A stretch of 64,000 bases of DNA from an uncultured beta proteobacterium (GCA_963744255.1 CAVUSZ010000038.1:43-64042), one strand, 5' to 3'. Positions 23,323 through 33,380 are shown, counted from the first letter of the stretch. Notes: generated from the letters alone by a model not told the origin. Translations and numbers: made by a program.

Positions 23323-25504
23323 TTAGTGCTGTGCTGCACCCGCCGCACCGAAGCCGGTCTGTGCGCGGACGAACTGATCGGGGTAAGCCGCCTGTTCCTT
23401 GCGCGCTCGCGCGCTGCTGTCCAGCTTGGAGACCAGCCAGGTCACCAGGAACGCGGTGGTCATTGAGAACAGCGCAGGATGGTCATAGGGGAAGATCGGC
23501 GTCGCGTTGCCGAGCACCTTCACCCAGACCGTCGGCGACAGAAGTACGAGCCCCACCGCGCTAACGAGCCCGGCGATCCCACCCCAGAGCGCGCCTCGGG
23601 TGGTGAGTCCCTTCCAGTACATGGACAGGATCAGCAAGGGAAAATTGACCGAAGCCGCGATACCGAAGGTTAGCGCCACCATGAACGCCACGTTCTGGCC
23701 CTTGAACAGGATGCCGAGCGCAACGGCCACAACTCCGATCACCAGTGTGGCGATCTTGGACACCCGCATCTCTTCCTGCTGCGAGGCCGTGCCCTTGCGG
23801 ATGACGTTGGCGTAGATGTCGTGCGAGATCGCCGCGGCCCCCGCGAGCCCAAGCCCTGAGACTACGGCGAGGATCGTGGCGAAGGCGACCGCCGAGAGAA
23901 AGCCGAGGAACAGGTTGCCCCCGACGGCCTTCGCCAGGTGCATCACCGGCATGTTGCTCCCGCCGATGATGTTGCCGCCCACCTTGCCGCCTTCGAAGAA
24001 CTGCGGGTCGGTGCCGACAATGACGATGGACGCCATGCCCATAAGGCCCACGACCAGGAAGAAGAAGCCGATGAAGCCGCTCGCATAGAACACGCTCTTG
24101 CGCGCCTCTTTAGCGTTGGGCACGGTAAAGAAGCGCATCATGATGTGCGGTAAGCCCGCAGTGCCGCACACCAGCCCAATGGACAGTGACACTGCGGTGA
24201 CCGGATCGGCCAGCAGCGAGCCCGGCCCCATGATCTTGGCGCCGTCCTTGTGCGCGGCCACCGCTTTCGTCGCCAGCGTCTCAAAGTTGAAGCCGAACTG
24301 ATAGAACGCCAACAGCGTGAGCAGCGTGCCGCCGGCGAGCAGCAGTACGGCCTTGATGATCTGCACCCAGGTTGTGGCGACCATGCCGCCGAAGGTGACA
24401 TAGACCATCATCAGTACGCCCACCGCGATGACTGCGTAGTTATATTCAATGTAGATGAGTGGTGTGCTGCGATCTACGGCTGAGAGAGCAAGAGAGAGAA
24501 CTTGGAAGTGGGACTTGGCGAGAGTGAGGAAGAAAGGGAAGAGCGTGGTGCAGAAGAATAGAGAGGCTAGAAGTGGAGATAGAAGAGATAGAAGAGGTAG
24601 AAGGAGAGAGGCTAGGAGAAGAGAAAGTGGAGAAAGTGAAAGTGGAGGAGATAGAGATCGCTGATAAGAAAGAAGGTAGGAATAGATAAGAGAAGATAGA
24701 GAAGAGAGAGAAGCTACAAAGACGACTAGGTGGCGCGAAAAGAAGAGAAGGGGAACAGAGAAAAGCAAAGATAGATGGTGGTGGAGAGAAGAGAAAAGAG
24801 AGAGTAGAGAGAGAAAGAAAGAGAAAAGGAAAGAAGGAGAAGAGGAGGAAAGGAAAGAGGAGAAAAGATAGAGAGAAATAGAAGAAGATGAGAAAGAAGA
24901 GATATAAGAAGGAAAAGGAGAGAGAGATGAGGCAGAGATAGAGGGGTAGGCCGAGCCCGAATAGCAGCTGAATCAACTCGCCGGCGCCCACCATCTGCAC
25001 GATGAGGTAGAAGGCCACCACGGTGAGCGTGCCCACCGCCGCAAAAGTGCGGATCCGGGTCTGGTCGAGACGGTAGGCGGCGATGTCGGCAAAGGTAAAT
25101 TTGCCGAGGTTCCTCAGCCGGTCCGCCAACAGGAACAGGATGACGGGCCAGCCGACGAAGAACCCGATCATGTAGATGAACCCGTCATAGCCTTTGAAGT
25201 AGATCAGGCTCGAGAGGCCGAGCAGCGTGGCCGCGGACATGTAATCGCCGGCGATCGCCAAGCCGTTCTGAAAGCCGGTGATGCCGCCACCGGCGGTGTA
25301 GAAGTCGGCCGTCGTCTTGACCTTGCTGGCAGCCCAGTAGGTGATGCCCATCGTTACCGCCACGAACACGAAGAACATGACGATGGCGTAGATGTTGAGC
25401 GGCTGCTTCTCGACCGGGCCCACCGCGGCGGGCGCAGCGAGCACCAGCGCGGACAGCCCCACCAACAGCGCGCCGATAGCCAGTTTGACGATTGGGGTTT
25501 TCAT
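23323..25504 (-). CDS. actP: Cation/acetate symporter, split by a ~505-bp purine-rich insert
   Basis: [46 protein letters not shown]. Confidence 0.88.
24448..24952. other. Low-complexity polypurine (G/A) tract
   Basis: + strand is nearly all G/A with no clear repeat unit; flanks rejoin as LFGL|EYNYAV. Confidence 0.9.
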
Positions 25505-25812
25505 CGAGTGGCCTCCTCGAGGACTTGGTTGTTGATCGCATCGAACTCGCTGTTGGCGCGGCGCACGTACAGGCCAGTCAGCAACCAGCAAATCACGACG
25601 ATCGCAACGCCGACCGGCACGCCCACGGTGGTCACTGCGCCCTGCCAGAGCGGCGTGGCGAGGAGGCCCGGCCAGAAGGCGACGACCGCCATGAAGCTGT
25701 AGTAGCCGACCAGGACGATGGCAGAGAGCGCCCACGAAAAGCGCGCGCGGCGGGCCACCAAGTCATGGAATTTCAAGTTGTCTCTAACCCGCTGATAGAC
25801 TGTGTTTGGCAT
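25501..25812 (-). CDS. yjcH: DUF485 inner membrane protein (ActP partner)
   Basis: [13 protein letters not shown]; ATGA overlap with actP; AGGAGG RBS. Confidence 0.85.
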   Translation of the reverse strand: MPNTVYQRVRDNLKFHDLVARRARFSWALSAIVLVGYYSFMAVVAFWPGLLATPLWQGAVTTVGVPVGVAIVVICWLLTGLYVRRANSEFDAINNQVLEEATR

Positions 25813-25895
25813 ATTCCCTCCTGCAGGACAAGACCGATAGCGTAGAAGCAGCCCCGCGGCGCACCCTCGCCGGCCTCCGGAAGTGCTTGTATGTT

Positions 25896-26098
25896 GTCCA
25901 CTCATCGGAGTTCTCCGGTGACAATGGACGTCGACGGAATCCGGGAGAGGGTCGCCGCGCGTGCGCTCGAGGCGAAGTCCTCGGCAATGAGATTGGCGCC
26001 CTCGACCGGTGCTCAGGGCCCGAACGGTATCCCGAGGCCGGCTGTGCCGAGTCCTCGCATGCACAAGCGCGGGCAGGAGCACCGGCTCCGAGGCTCCC
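25896..26098 (+). ncRNA. IS110 bridge RNA (5' hairpin, target-binding loop, donor-binding loop); ends approximate
   Basis: Three stem-loops; ACGGTATC and ACAAG match donor joint, GCAATGAG matches right target flank. Confidence 0.85.
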
Positions 26099-26124
26099 GA
26101 CTTCCTCCGTCGGCAGGAGGTCGT

Positions 26125-27311
26125 ATGCGATTCGCTGGCGTGGACATCGCCTCCGAGACCCACGTGGTCGCGCTGGTCGACGAAGATGGGAAGGTCTTGG
26201 TCAAGCCCACCGCGTTCACCGAGGATGCGGCCGGCTACGAGAAGCTCTTCGAGCAGCTCGGCGCGAGCGCCGAGCTGCTCGTCGCCATGGAGGCCACCGG
26301 CCACTACTGGAAGAACCTCTTCGCGGCCCTGGCCGCGCGCGGCTTCAGCGTGGCGCTGCTCAATCCGCTGCGCACCCATCGCTTCGCCGAGGAGGACCTG
26401 CAACGCACCAAGACCGACGCGATCGATGCGCTTGGGCATCGCGCGCTTCGCCGCGCAGAAGCGCCCCACGCCCACGCGGCTGCCCGACCCGGCCACCGAG
26501 GAGCTGCGCGAGCTGGTGCGCCTGCGCGAGCGGCTGCTGCAGGACTTCGGCGACCGGGTGCGCCAGCTCCACCGCCTGGTCGACCTGGGCTTCCCCGAGT
26601 TCACCCGCTACGTCAAGGGCCTGGATAGCGAACTGGCGAGCGCCATCCTGCACGACTATCCCACCGCCGCGGCCTTCCGCGGCGTATCGGCCAGGCGTCT
26701 GGCCGCCCTGCGCTACGACGGCCGGCACAAGGTCGGCGCCGAGCTCGCCGGCCTGCTCATCGCGGCGGCCAAGCACTCGGTGGGACACCATCACGGCGAG
26801 GCCTACCGCGTCCAGGTCCGCTACGCCTGCGAGGATCTGGACATCCTGCGCCGGCGCTTGCGCCAGCTCGACCGCGACATCGAGGGCACCCTCGGCGCGC
26901 ATGAAGTCGGCACGCTGCTCACCACCATCGAGGGCATCGGCCCCAATACCGCCGCGCGCCTCATCGCCGAACTCGGCGACCCCGCCCAGTTCCGCGCCCC
27001 CGGCGCGCTCGCCGCCTACGTCGGCGTCGTGCCAGCGCTCAGCCAGTCGGGCAAACGCAAGAACACCCGCGCCGCCACCACGACCATCGGCAACGCTCGC
27101 CTGCGCGCCGCACTGTGGATGCCCACCCTGACCGCCGTGCGCAGGAACCCCTGGCTGCGCGCCCACTACCAGCGTCTGCTCGCGCGCGGCAAGCTGCCCA
27201 AGGTCGCCCTGGTGGCCTGCATGCACAAGCTGCTCTTGGCCGTCTACAGCGTCGCCAAACATCGCCGGCCCTTCGTCGCCCATCTGGCTACCGCGGAGAC
27301 GACACACATGA
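26125..27311 (+). CDS. IS110 DEDD recombinase (frameshift ~26435; stop approximate)
   Basis: GVDIA, MEATG, KTDAIDA, IEGIG, SQSG, ACMHKLL. Confidence 0.93.
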
Positions 27312-27341
27312 GCTCGCCGCTTGACAAAGAACACGGTATCT

Positions 27342-27460
27342 CATTGCTCGCGCTTCCCCGTCGATCACCACCTTGTCCGATACGGCAGACAGCATCGACG
27401 GACCGGCAGCAGGCGAATCGGGTACAGCGCCAACATGGTGCGCGTGGTGTGGATCGCGCG
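27342..27460 (-). pseudogene. Second MaoC/PhaJ C-terminal remnant, interrupted by IS110
   Basis: AVCRIG.KVVIDGEARAM|STS aligns with TVCRVKG.VIEGEATVMTTS of 21002-21484. Confidence 0.5.
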
Positions 27461-27784
27461 TCTGTGCGCTGTCGCACGTATCACCAGACCAGGGTGATCC
27501 ATGGTCGTCCGAGCGATCCTCGATGCTCCTCGTCGACGATCATGACGTCGGCGACGATGTGATGCATCTCAACCACCGCTAGCCGGAGGTATTGAACGGG
27601 GTTGATCGCCTGCCGAACGCCTACTGAACGTCGTGCCAGGGCTCGGCACCTTCTTCTTCACCGCGGATCCGGACCGCTTCCGCGGGCTCGCCGCCGGGTT
27701 TCTCGAGTGCCACGCCGCAAACTAAGCCTCGCTGCGGGGCCCGCCGCGTCCGTTTGCCGCGACCGCTCGTGCTACGTTGCGGTG

Positions 27785-28569
27785 ATGCGCTGCCTGCTCC
27801 TCCTCGCCCTCGCCCTCGCCGCCGGCGCAGCCCAGGCGGATATCCGCGTGCGCGTCGCCGCCACCGACCCGCCGGCTGAAGCGACGCTCGGCCGCGACCA
27901 GCCGTTCTACGTGCGCATCCAGTTCGACGCCGACGAGCCGGTCGGCCTGTGGACGCACGCGTACTTCGGCGGCAAGCGGATCGAGAAGGGCTGGAAGTCG
28001 AATGCTTCGGCGAAGTGGTCCGGGTCGGGCTACGCGCTCGGCTGGATCTCCTTCGACAAGCCGGTCGAGGTGGACGAGATCCGCATCGTCGCCGGCGGCG
28101 GCAAGCCGTACCGCGAGTGGCAGGTGTCCGCGTACCCGGTCAAACTCCGCTGGGGCAGCGGACCGGTCGCCGACGCGACCGCGCCGTGGGTCCCCGAGCT
28201 CAAGCGCGCAACCGCGGCGGCGTGGGAGGCCGAGCGCAAGGCGGCGGCGGCGAAACCCCCGACTGCCGGCGATCTCGCGCTCGGGTTTCTGATCGCCCCG
28301 GTGCTGGTGGCGCTCGTGCTCGCTTGCATCGGCGCGCCCGTGTGGGCGCTGTGGAGATGGCGCGGCGCGTGGCGGCTCGCGGCGGCGGTGCCGGTCGCGG
28401 TGATGGCGTTCGTCGTCGGGCGAATCGTCGTCGACACGTCGCGCGACCCGACCTCGCACAACCTCTGGCCGTTGGAGATCATCATCTTCGGCGCCGGCGG
28501 CGTCGGCTTATCGTCGTGCTCGCTCTGGTCCGCCGCTTCACGGGCGCCGGCGCGCCGCGCCTTTCCTGA
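27785..28569 (+). CDS. Hypothetical exported/membrane protein (frameshift near end)
   Basis: Signal peptide AQA, beta-rich domain, three TM segments, DPTSHNLWPLE. Confidence 0.75.
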
Positions 28570-29422
28570 ATCCAGCGACCTTCGCCTGCAGCGCCTTGAG
28601 CGGCGGCGACAGCTCGCCCTTGCGCCACGCGAGCGCAGTCGTGCTCACGGCCGTTCCCCGCGCGAGCGGATAGACCGCGACGCCCTCGTCGCGCCGGATC
28701 GTCGCCAGCACCGAGCGCGGCACGATCGCGATGCCGGTGCCGGACGCGACGCAGGCGACGATCGCGTGATAGGAGCCGAGCTCCAGGACCTTGTCCGGCA
28801 CCACGCCGTCGCCGCCGAGCCAGGCTTGCAATCGGCGCCGATATGCGCAGCCGCTCGGAAAGATGATCAGCGTGTCCGCGCGCACGTCGCGGGCCCGCCG
28901 GATACCCGGATGCGAGCGCGGCGCGACGAGCACCAGCTCTTCGCGAAAGGCCGGCATCGTCTCCAGTCGGGCGGAGGGCCGGCAGTCCGCGACGAACGCC
29001 GCCTCCAGACGCCGGCCGAGAACCGCCTCGACCAGCGCATCCGTCGTGCCGGTGACGAGCTCCACGGTCACGGCCGGATGCGCCGCGTGGTAGCGCGAGA
29101 GAAGCGGCGGCAGCCGGCTCGCCGCGGTGCTCTCGAGCGTCCCGATCCGCAGCACCCCGCGCGGCGAGTCGCCGGCGAGCGCGTTCCGCACTTCGCCCGA
29201 GAGCCGCAGCACCTGCTCGACGTACTGGCGGAATACCTGCCCTGCCGGCGAGAGATGCAGCCGGCGCTTCTCGCGCACGAAGAGCTGCGTCCCGAGCGAG
29301 GCTTCCAGCTGCTGGATGCGAGTGGTGACGTTGGACTGCACGCGGTGGAGCTTGCGCGCCGCCGGGTTGATGCCGCCTTCGTCGGCGACCGCCTTGAACA
29401 CCTGCAGGGAAGCGAAGTCCAT
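28538..29422 (-). CDS. LysR family regulator
   Basis: AARKLHRVQSNVTTRIQQLE. Confidence 0.95.
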   Translation of the reverse strand: MDFASLQVFKAVADEGGINPAARKLHRVQSNVTTRIQQLEASLGTQLFVREKRRLHLSPAGQVFRQYVEQVLRLSGEVRNALAGDSPRGVLRIGTLESTAASRLPPLLSRYHAAHPAVTVELVTGTTDALVEAVLGRRLEAAFVADCRPSARLETMPAFREELVLVAPRSHPGIRRARDVRADTLIIFPSGCAYRRRLQAWLGGDGVVPDKVLELGSYHAIVACVASGTGIAIVPRSVLATIRRDEGVAVYPLARGTAVSTTALAWRKGELSPPLKALQAKVAGFRKGAARRRP

Positions 29423-29424
29423 GA

Positions 29425-29439
29425 TTCTCGATTCGAGAA
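29425..29439. promoter_or_regulatory. LysR recognition box
   Basis: Perfect IR TTCTCGA-T-TCGAGAA with T-N11-A next to LysR start. Confidence 0.7.
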
Positions 29440-29516
29440 CGATCCGTTCGCGATTATTCATTTGCCGGGATGACCCCGTCAAGGTAGGGTGGCGATGCAC
29501 ACGTTCGAGGCCTCCC

Positions 29517-30595
29517 ATGGCGATCCAGACCGCGCTCACCCGCCGGCTCAAGCTCACTCACCCGATCATCCAGGCGCCGCTCGCAGGCGGCGGCGACACC
29601 CCGGCGCTCGTCGCCGCGGTCGGCGAGGCGGGCGCGCTCGGGTTCATCGGCGCGGCCTACCTCACGCCGCCGCAGATCGCCGAGTCGGCGCGCGCGGTGC
29701 GCGGCCTGACGCAGCGGCCGTTCGGCATCAACCTGTTCGCGCCGATGCCGCGCCGCCGGTGCCCGCGGACATGCGCGCCGCGCTCGCGAGCGTCGCACCC
29801 TACTTCGCCGAGCTCGGGCTGCCGGCACCCGCGGCGCCGGCGGCGCCCTGCCGACGCGTTCCCCGCGCTGTTCGAGGCGGCGCTGGAGAGCGGCGCATCG
29901 GCCTTCAGCTTCACGTTCGGCGTCCTGCCCGCCGCCGCGATCGCGGCGATCAAGGCGCGCGGCATGTTCCTGATGGGCACCGCGACCACCGTCGAGGAGG
30001 CCGCGGCGCTCGAGCAGGCCGGTGTGGACGCCGTCGTCGCGCAAGGGAGCCGAGGCGGGCGGTCATCGCGGCACGTTCGTGGGCGAGCGCCGACTCGGGG
30101 ATGGTGGGCACGATCGCGCTCGTGCCGCCGATGGTCGACGCCGTGAAGGTCCCGGTGATCGCCTCGGGCGGCATCATGGACGGCCGCGGCATCGCCGCCG
30201 CGCTCGCGCTCGGGGCGAGCGGCGTGCAGATGGGCACCGCGTTTTTGACGTGCGACGAGGCCGGGATTCCGGAGGTCTACAAGCGGGCGATCCTGGCGGC
30301 GCGTGAGAGCGACACGCGGTTCACGCGCGCCTTCTCCGGCCGCCCGGCGCGCGGCATCGTCAACCGCTTCATGACCGAGGTCGGGTGCGACGACAACGCG
30401 ATCCTGCCGTTCCCGCTGCAAAACTCGCTGACTCGGCCGCTGCGCGCCGCGGCGGCGAGAGCGGGACGCGCCGAGTTCCTGTCGCTCTGGGCCGGGCAAG
30501 GCGTTCGGCTCGCCCGGCGCCAGCCGGCGGCGGCGCTGGTCGCGCGGCTCGCAGCAGAGACCGAGGCTGCGCTGCGACGCGTATCCGTGCCGTGA
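29517..30595 (+). CDS. Nitronate monooxygenase family protein (frameshifted)
   Basis: PIIQAPLAGG, EAGGHRG, GGIMDGRG, FSGRPARG, LWAGQ. Confidence 0.92.
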
Positions 30596-30642
30596 GGTAA
30601 GTTCGCTCCCGACGCTCGCTACCGAGCGGACGGGAGGCTTGG

Positions 30643-31893
30643 ATGACGGTGGTGCAGGGCGAGGCGGACTCCGGCTACGCATGGCTGCGCCTCGCGGCGG
30701 CGCTCGCGATCTCGGCCGTCGGCGGCGTCGGCCTGTGGTCCGGCGTCGTGGTGCTGCCCACCGTCCAAACGGAATTCGGCGTCGCGCGCGGCGACGCGTC
30801 GCTGCCGTACACGTTGACGCTGCTCGGCCTCTGCGTCGGCGGGCTGCTCATGGGTCGCCTCGCCGACCGCTTCGGGGTCGTCGTCCCGGTCGTGATCGGC
30901 GCGATCGCGCTTGCGACCGGCTACGCGGCTGCCGGCGCGACGGCGAGCCTGTGGCAGTTCGCCCTCGTCCAGGGGCTGCTCATCGGCCTCCTCGGCGCCT
31001 CGGCGACCTTCTCGCCACTCCTCGCCGACATCTCGCTCTGGTTCGTCCGCCGGCGCGGCCTGGCGGTCGCGATCGTCGCGAGCGGCAGCTACCTCGCGGG
31101 CACGGTGTGGCCGCCGGTGGTGCAGCACTTCGTCGAGACCGTGGGCTGGCGCCAGACGCACGTCGGCATCGGCCTCTTCTGCGCGGTGGTGATGCTGCCG
31201 CTTGCGCTCGTGCTGCGGCGGCGGCCGCCGGCGTTCGAAGCGTCGGCCGCGGCCGGGCGCACCGGGTCCGGGTCGCCGCGGCCGCTCGGGTTGTCGCCAG
31301 GCGCGCTTCAGGGATTGCTGATCATCGCCGGCCTCGCCTGCTGCATGGCGATGTCGATGCCGCAGGTCCACATCGTGGCGTACTGCGCCGATCTCGGTTA
31401 CGGCCCCGCGCGCGGCGCGGAGATGCTGTCGCTCATGCTCGGCTTCGGCATCGTGAGCCGGCTCGCGTCGGGCTGGATCTGCGACCACATCGGGGGCCTG
31501 CGCACGCTCGCGCTCGGGTCCGTGCTGCAGGGCCTCGCCCTGATGCTGTTCCTCCCGTTCGACGGGCTCGCCTCGCTCTATGTCATCTCGGCGCTCTTCG
31601 GTCTCTTCCAGGGCGGCATCGTGCCGGCGTACGCGATCATCGTGCGCGAACACTTCGCGCCGCGCGAGGCCGGCACCCGGATCGCCGCGGTGATCACGGC
31701 GACGCTCTTCGGCATGGCGCTCGGCGGTTGGATGACCGGCGCGATCTTCGACCTGACCGGCTCGTACACCGCGGCGTTCGCGAACGGCATCGCGTGGAAT
31801 ATCGTGAACCTCGCGATCGCGCTGTGGCTCGTGCAACGGTCGGGCGGCGGGTGGCATTCCCGCGCGCCCGCGCCGGTGCCGCGCGGCGGCTGA
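30643..31893 (+). CDS. MFS transporter
   Basis: GRLADRFG motif A; multiple TM helices. Confidence 0.92.
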   Translation: MTVVQGEADSGYAWLRLAAALAISAVGGVGLWSGVVVLPTVQTEFGVARGDASLPYTLTLLGLCVGGLLMGRLADRFGVVVPVVIGAIALATGYAAAGATASLWQFALVQGLLIGLLGASATFSPLLADISLWFVRRRGLAVAIVASGSYLAGTVWPPVVQHFVETVGWRQTHVGIGLFCAVVMLPLALVLRRRPPAFEASAAAGRTGSGSPRPLGLSPGALQGLLIIAGLACCMAMSMPQVHIVAYCADLGYGPARGAEMLSLMLGFGIVSRLASGWICDHIGGLRTLALGSVLQGLALMLFLPFDGLASLYVISALFGLFQGGIVPAYAIIVREHFAPREAGTRIAAVITATLFGMALGGWMTGAIFDLTGSYTAAFANGIAWNIVNLAIALWLVQRSGGGWHSRAPAPVPRGG

Positions 31894-31899
31894 GAGAAC

Positions 31900-32913
31900 C
31901 TACGCGTGCAGCTCCACGACGTCGCCGTCCTCGACCGGATGCTCACGCCCGACGTGCTGGCCGTCGAAGCCCGATCGGCCCCATACGCGCGCGTACGTCA
32001 GGGTGCGCGCGAGATCCTGGTGAACGAGCCGCGCGACGTCCTCGATCGTCTGGCCCCGGCGCAGGGTGAAGGGAGGGCCGAGCTCGCGCGGCTTGCCGGG
32101 GGTTTTCGTGTAGACGCGCACGATGTCGAGGTTGCTGAAGAGGAATGAACCGATCTCGCCGAGGCCGCGGCCGGTGGTCGCCGAGGTGACGACGGCCGGA
32201 TAGCTCGATCCGGTGAGCTCGCGAAACGCCTGGAGCTCGGCGTCCTCGTCGGCGCTGAGGTCGGCCTTGTTCGCGGCGAGCAGCGTCGGCAGGCGAATCG
32301 CGAACGGATCCTCGTCCGCGGCCGCCGACCCGGGTGCGGACGGCCAGCGCTCGCCGAGCGTGACGCGCCGCTCCGCGAGCAGCGCGTGGATCGCCTGCAC
32401 CTGCTCGACGCAGGCCGGCTCGCCGAGGTCGACGACGAGCAGGCACGCGTCCGCCGTCTGCAGGGTGGCTGCGAGCCACGGGACCGGATGCTGCGGCGAC
32501 ACCGCCGGCAGGTCGACGAGCTGAAAGTGGACGTCCTCGTGGGTCATCATCCCGGGCTCGGGATGCTGCGTCGTGAACGGATATTCCGCCACGTGCGCGT
32601 GCGAGCTGGTGAGCCGCGCGTGCAGCGCGGACTTGCCCGAGTTCGGCGGCCCGATCAGCGCGATCTGCGCCGCGCCCTCGGGGCGGACGACGAGCGACGG
32701 GGCGCTGCGCGCGCCGCCCTTCCGCGGCCCCTCGAGCTCGTCGGAGAGCTCCTTGATCCGACGCTTGATGTCGCCCTGGAGGTGATCGGTCCCCTTGTGC
32801 TTCGGGATCGTGCGCAGCATCTCGCGCAGCCGGTCGAGCCGCTCGCGGGGCTCGCGCGCCTTGCGAAACGCGGCCTCGGCGGCCTTGTACTCGGGCGACA
32901 GGTTGGCGGGCAT
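31900..32913 (-). CDS. DRG/OBG-family GTPase with TGS domain
   Basis: PKHKGTDHL, GPPNSGKS, YPFTT, DLPA, NKAD, C-terminal DGDVVELH. Confidence 0.88.
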   Translation of the reverse strand: MPANLSPEYKAAEAAFRKAREPRERLDRLREMLRTIPKHKGTDHLQGDIKRRIKELSDELEGPRKGGARSAPSLVVRPEGAAQIALIGPPNSGKSALHARLTSSHAHVAEYPFTTQHPEPGMMTHEDVHFQLVDLPAVSPQHPVPWLAATLQTADACLLVVDLGEPACVEQVQAIHALLAERRVTLGERWPSAPGSAAADEDPFAIRLPTLLAANKADLSADEDAELQAFRELTGSSYPAVVTSATTGRGLGEIGSFLFSNLDIVRVYTKTPGKPRELGPPFTLRRGQTIEDVARLVHQDLARTLTYARVWGRSGFDGQHVGREHPVEDGDVVELHA

Positions 32914-33063
32914 GGGCAACCCAGCATAACGCCGGCAGGCCGAACGAGTCTCCCTTCCGGGAGTCCGGGCAACTTCCTCGAGGGAAGCGTCGGTGAGCTG
33001 GGCAAGCGGCCTCTGGCTGCGGTGCCGGGCAGACTGGCAATAGCGGCGCGCCGCCGGTATCAT

Positions 33064-33082
33064 GTATTCGCCCGACGAATAC
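33064..33082. promoter_or_regulatory. Probable antitoxin operator
   Basis: GTATTCG-N5-CGAATAC directly after TATCAT -10 candidate. Confidence 0.6.
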
Positions 33083-33092
33083 GAGCCAAGAC

Positions 33093-33380
33093 ATGCCCCT
33101 GGTCATTCGCCTGCCCGCCGACATCGAAGCGGGGCTCCGCCGCCTCAGTGACGAGGAGAACAGAAGCCAGGCAGAGATTGTGCGCGGTCTGATCGCCGAG
33201 CGGCTCGGCAAGCGGAAGGTGCGCGCCGGCGCCTACGCGGTCGCCCGGCGTCTCGGGGTCATCAGGATGCGACGACGATTCGCGGCCGGACGTGGCCGAA
33301 CGGCACTCGGAATACGTTCGCGCTGCGCTGCGCACGAAAGCCGCGTCGCCCGGCAGACCGGTACGCCGCCGCTTCCGTGG
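33093..33380 (+). CDS. CopG/RHH antitoxin (frameshifted, end approximate)
   Basis: MPLVIRLPADIEAGLRRLSDEENRSQAEIVR. Confidence 0.75.

Larger units (their letters stand above)
25886..27341 (+). mobile_element. IS110 family (IS621-like) insertion sequence with CT core at both ends
   Basis: Left end CT-TGTATGTT, right end TTGACAAAGAACACGGTAT-CT; no terminal IRs. Confidence 0.92.

Noticed and set aside
24446-24952. Leu/Ser/Phe-rich membrane-like extensions of the two actP ORFs
   Set aside because: These are translations of the polypyrimidine strand of the insert, not protein.
25972-25981. CGAAGTCCT resembling left target GGAAGTGCT (7/9) as the left target guide
   Set aside because: It forms the loop and 3' arm of the inner CGAGG/CCTCG hairpin, only 2 nt from the right guide, which does not fit bridge RNA geometry; treated as probable coincidence.
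32914-33060. Possible riboswitch upstream of the DRG-like GTPase
   Set aside because: Only short GC hairpins; no recognisable aptamer consensus.
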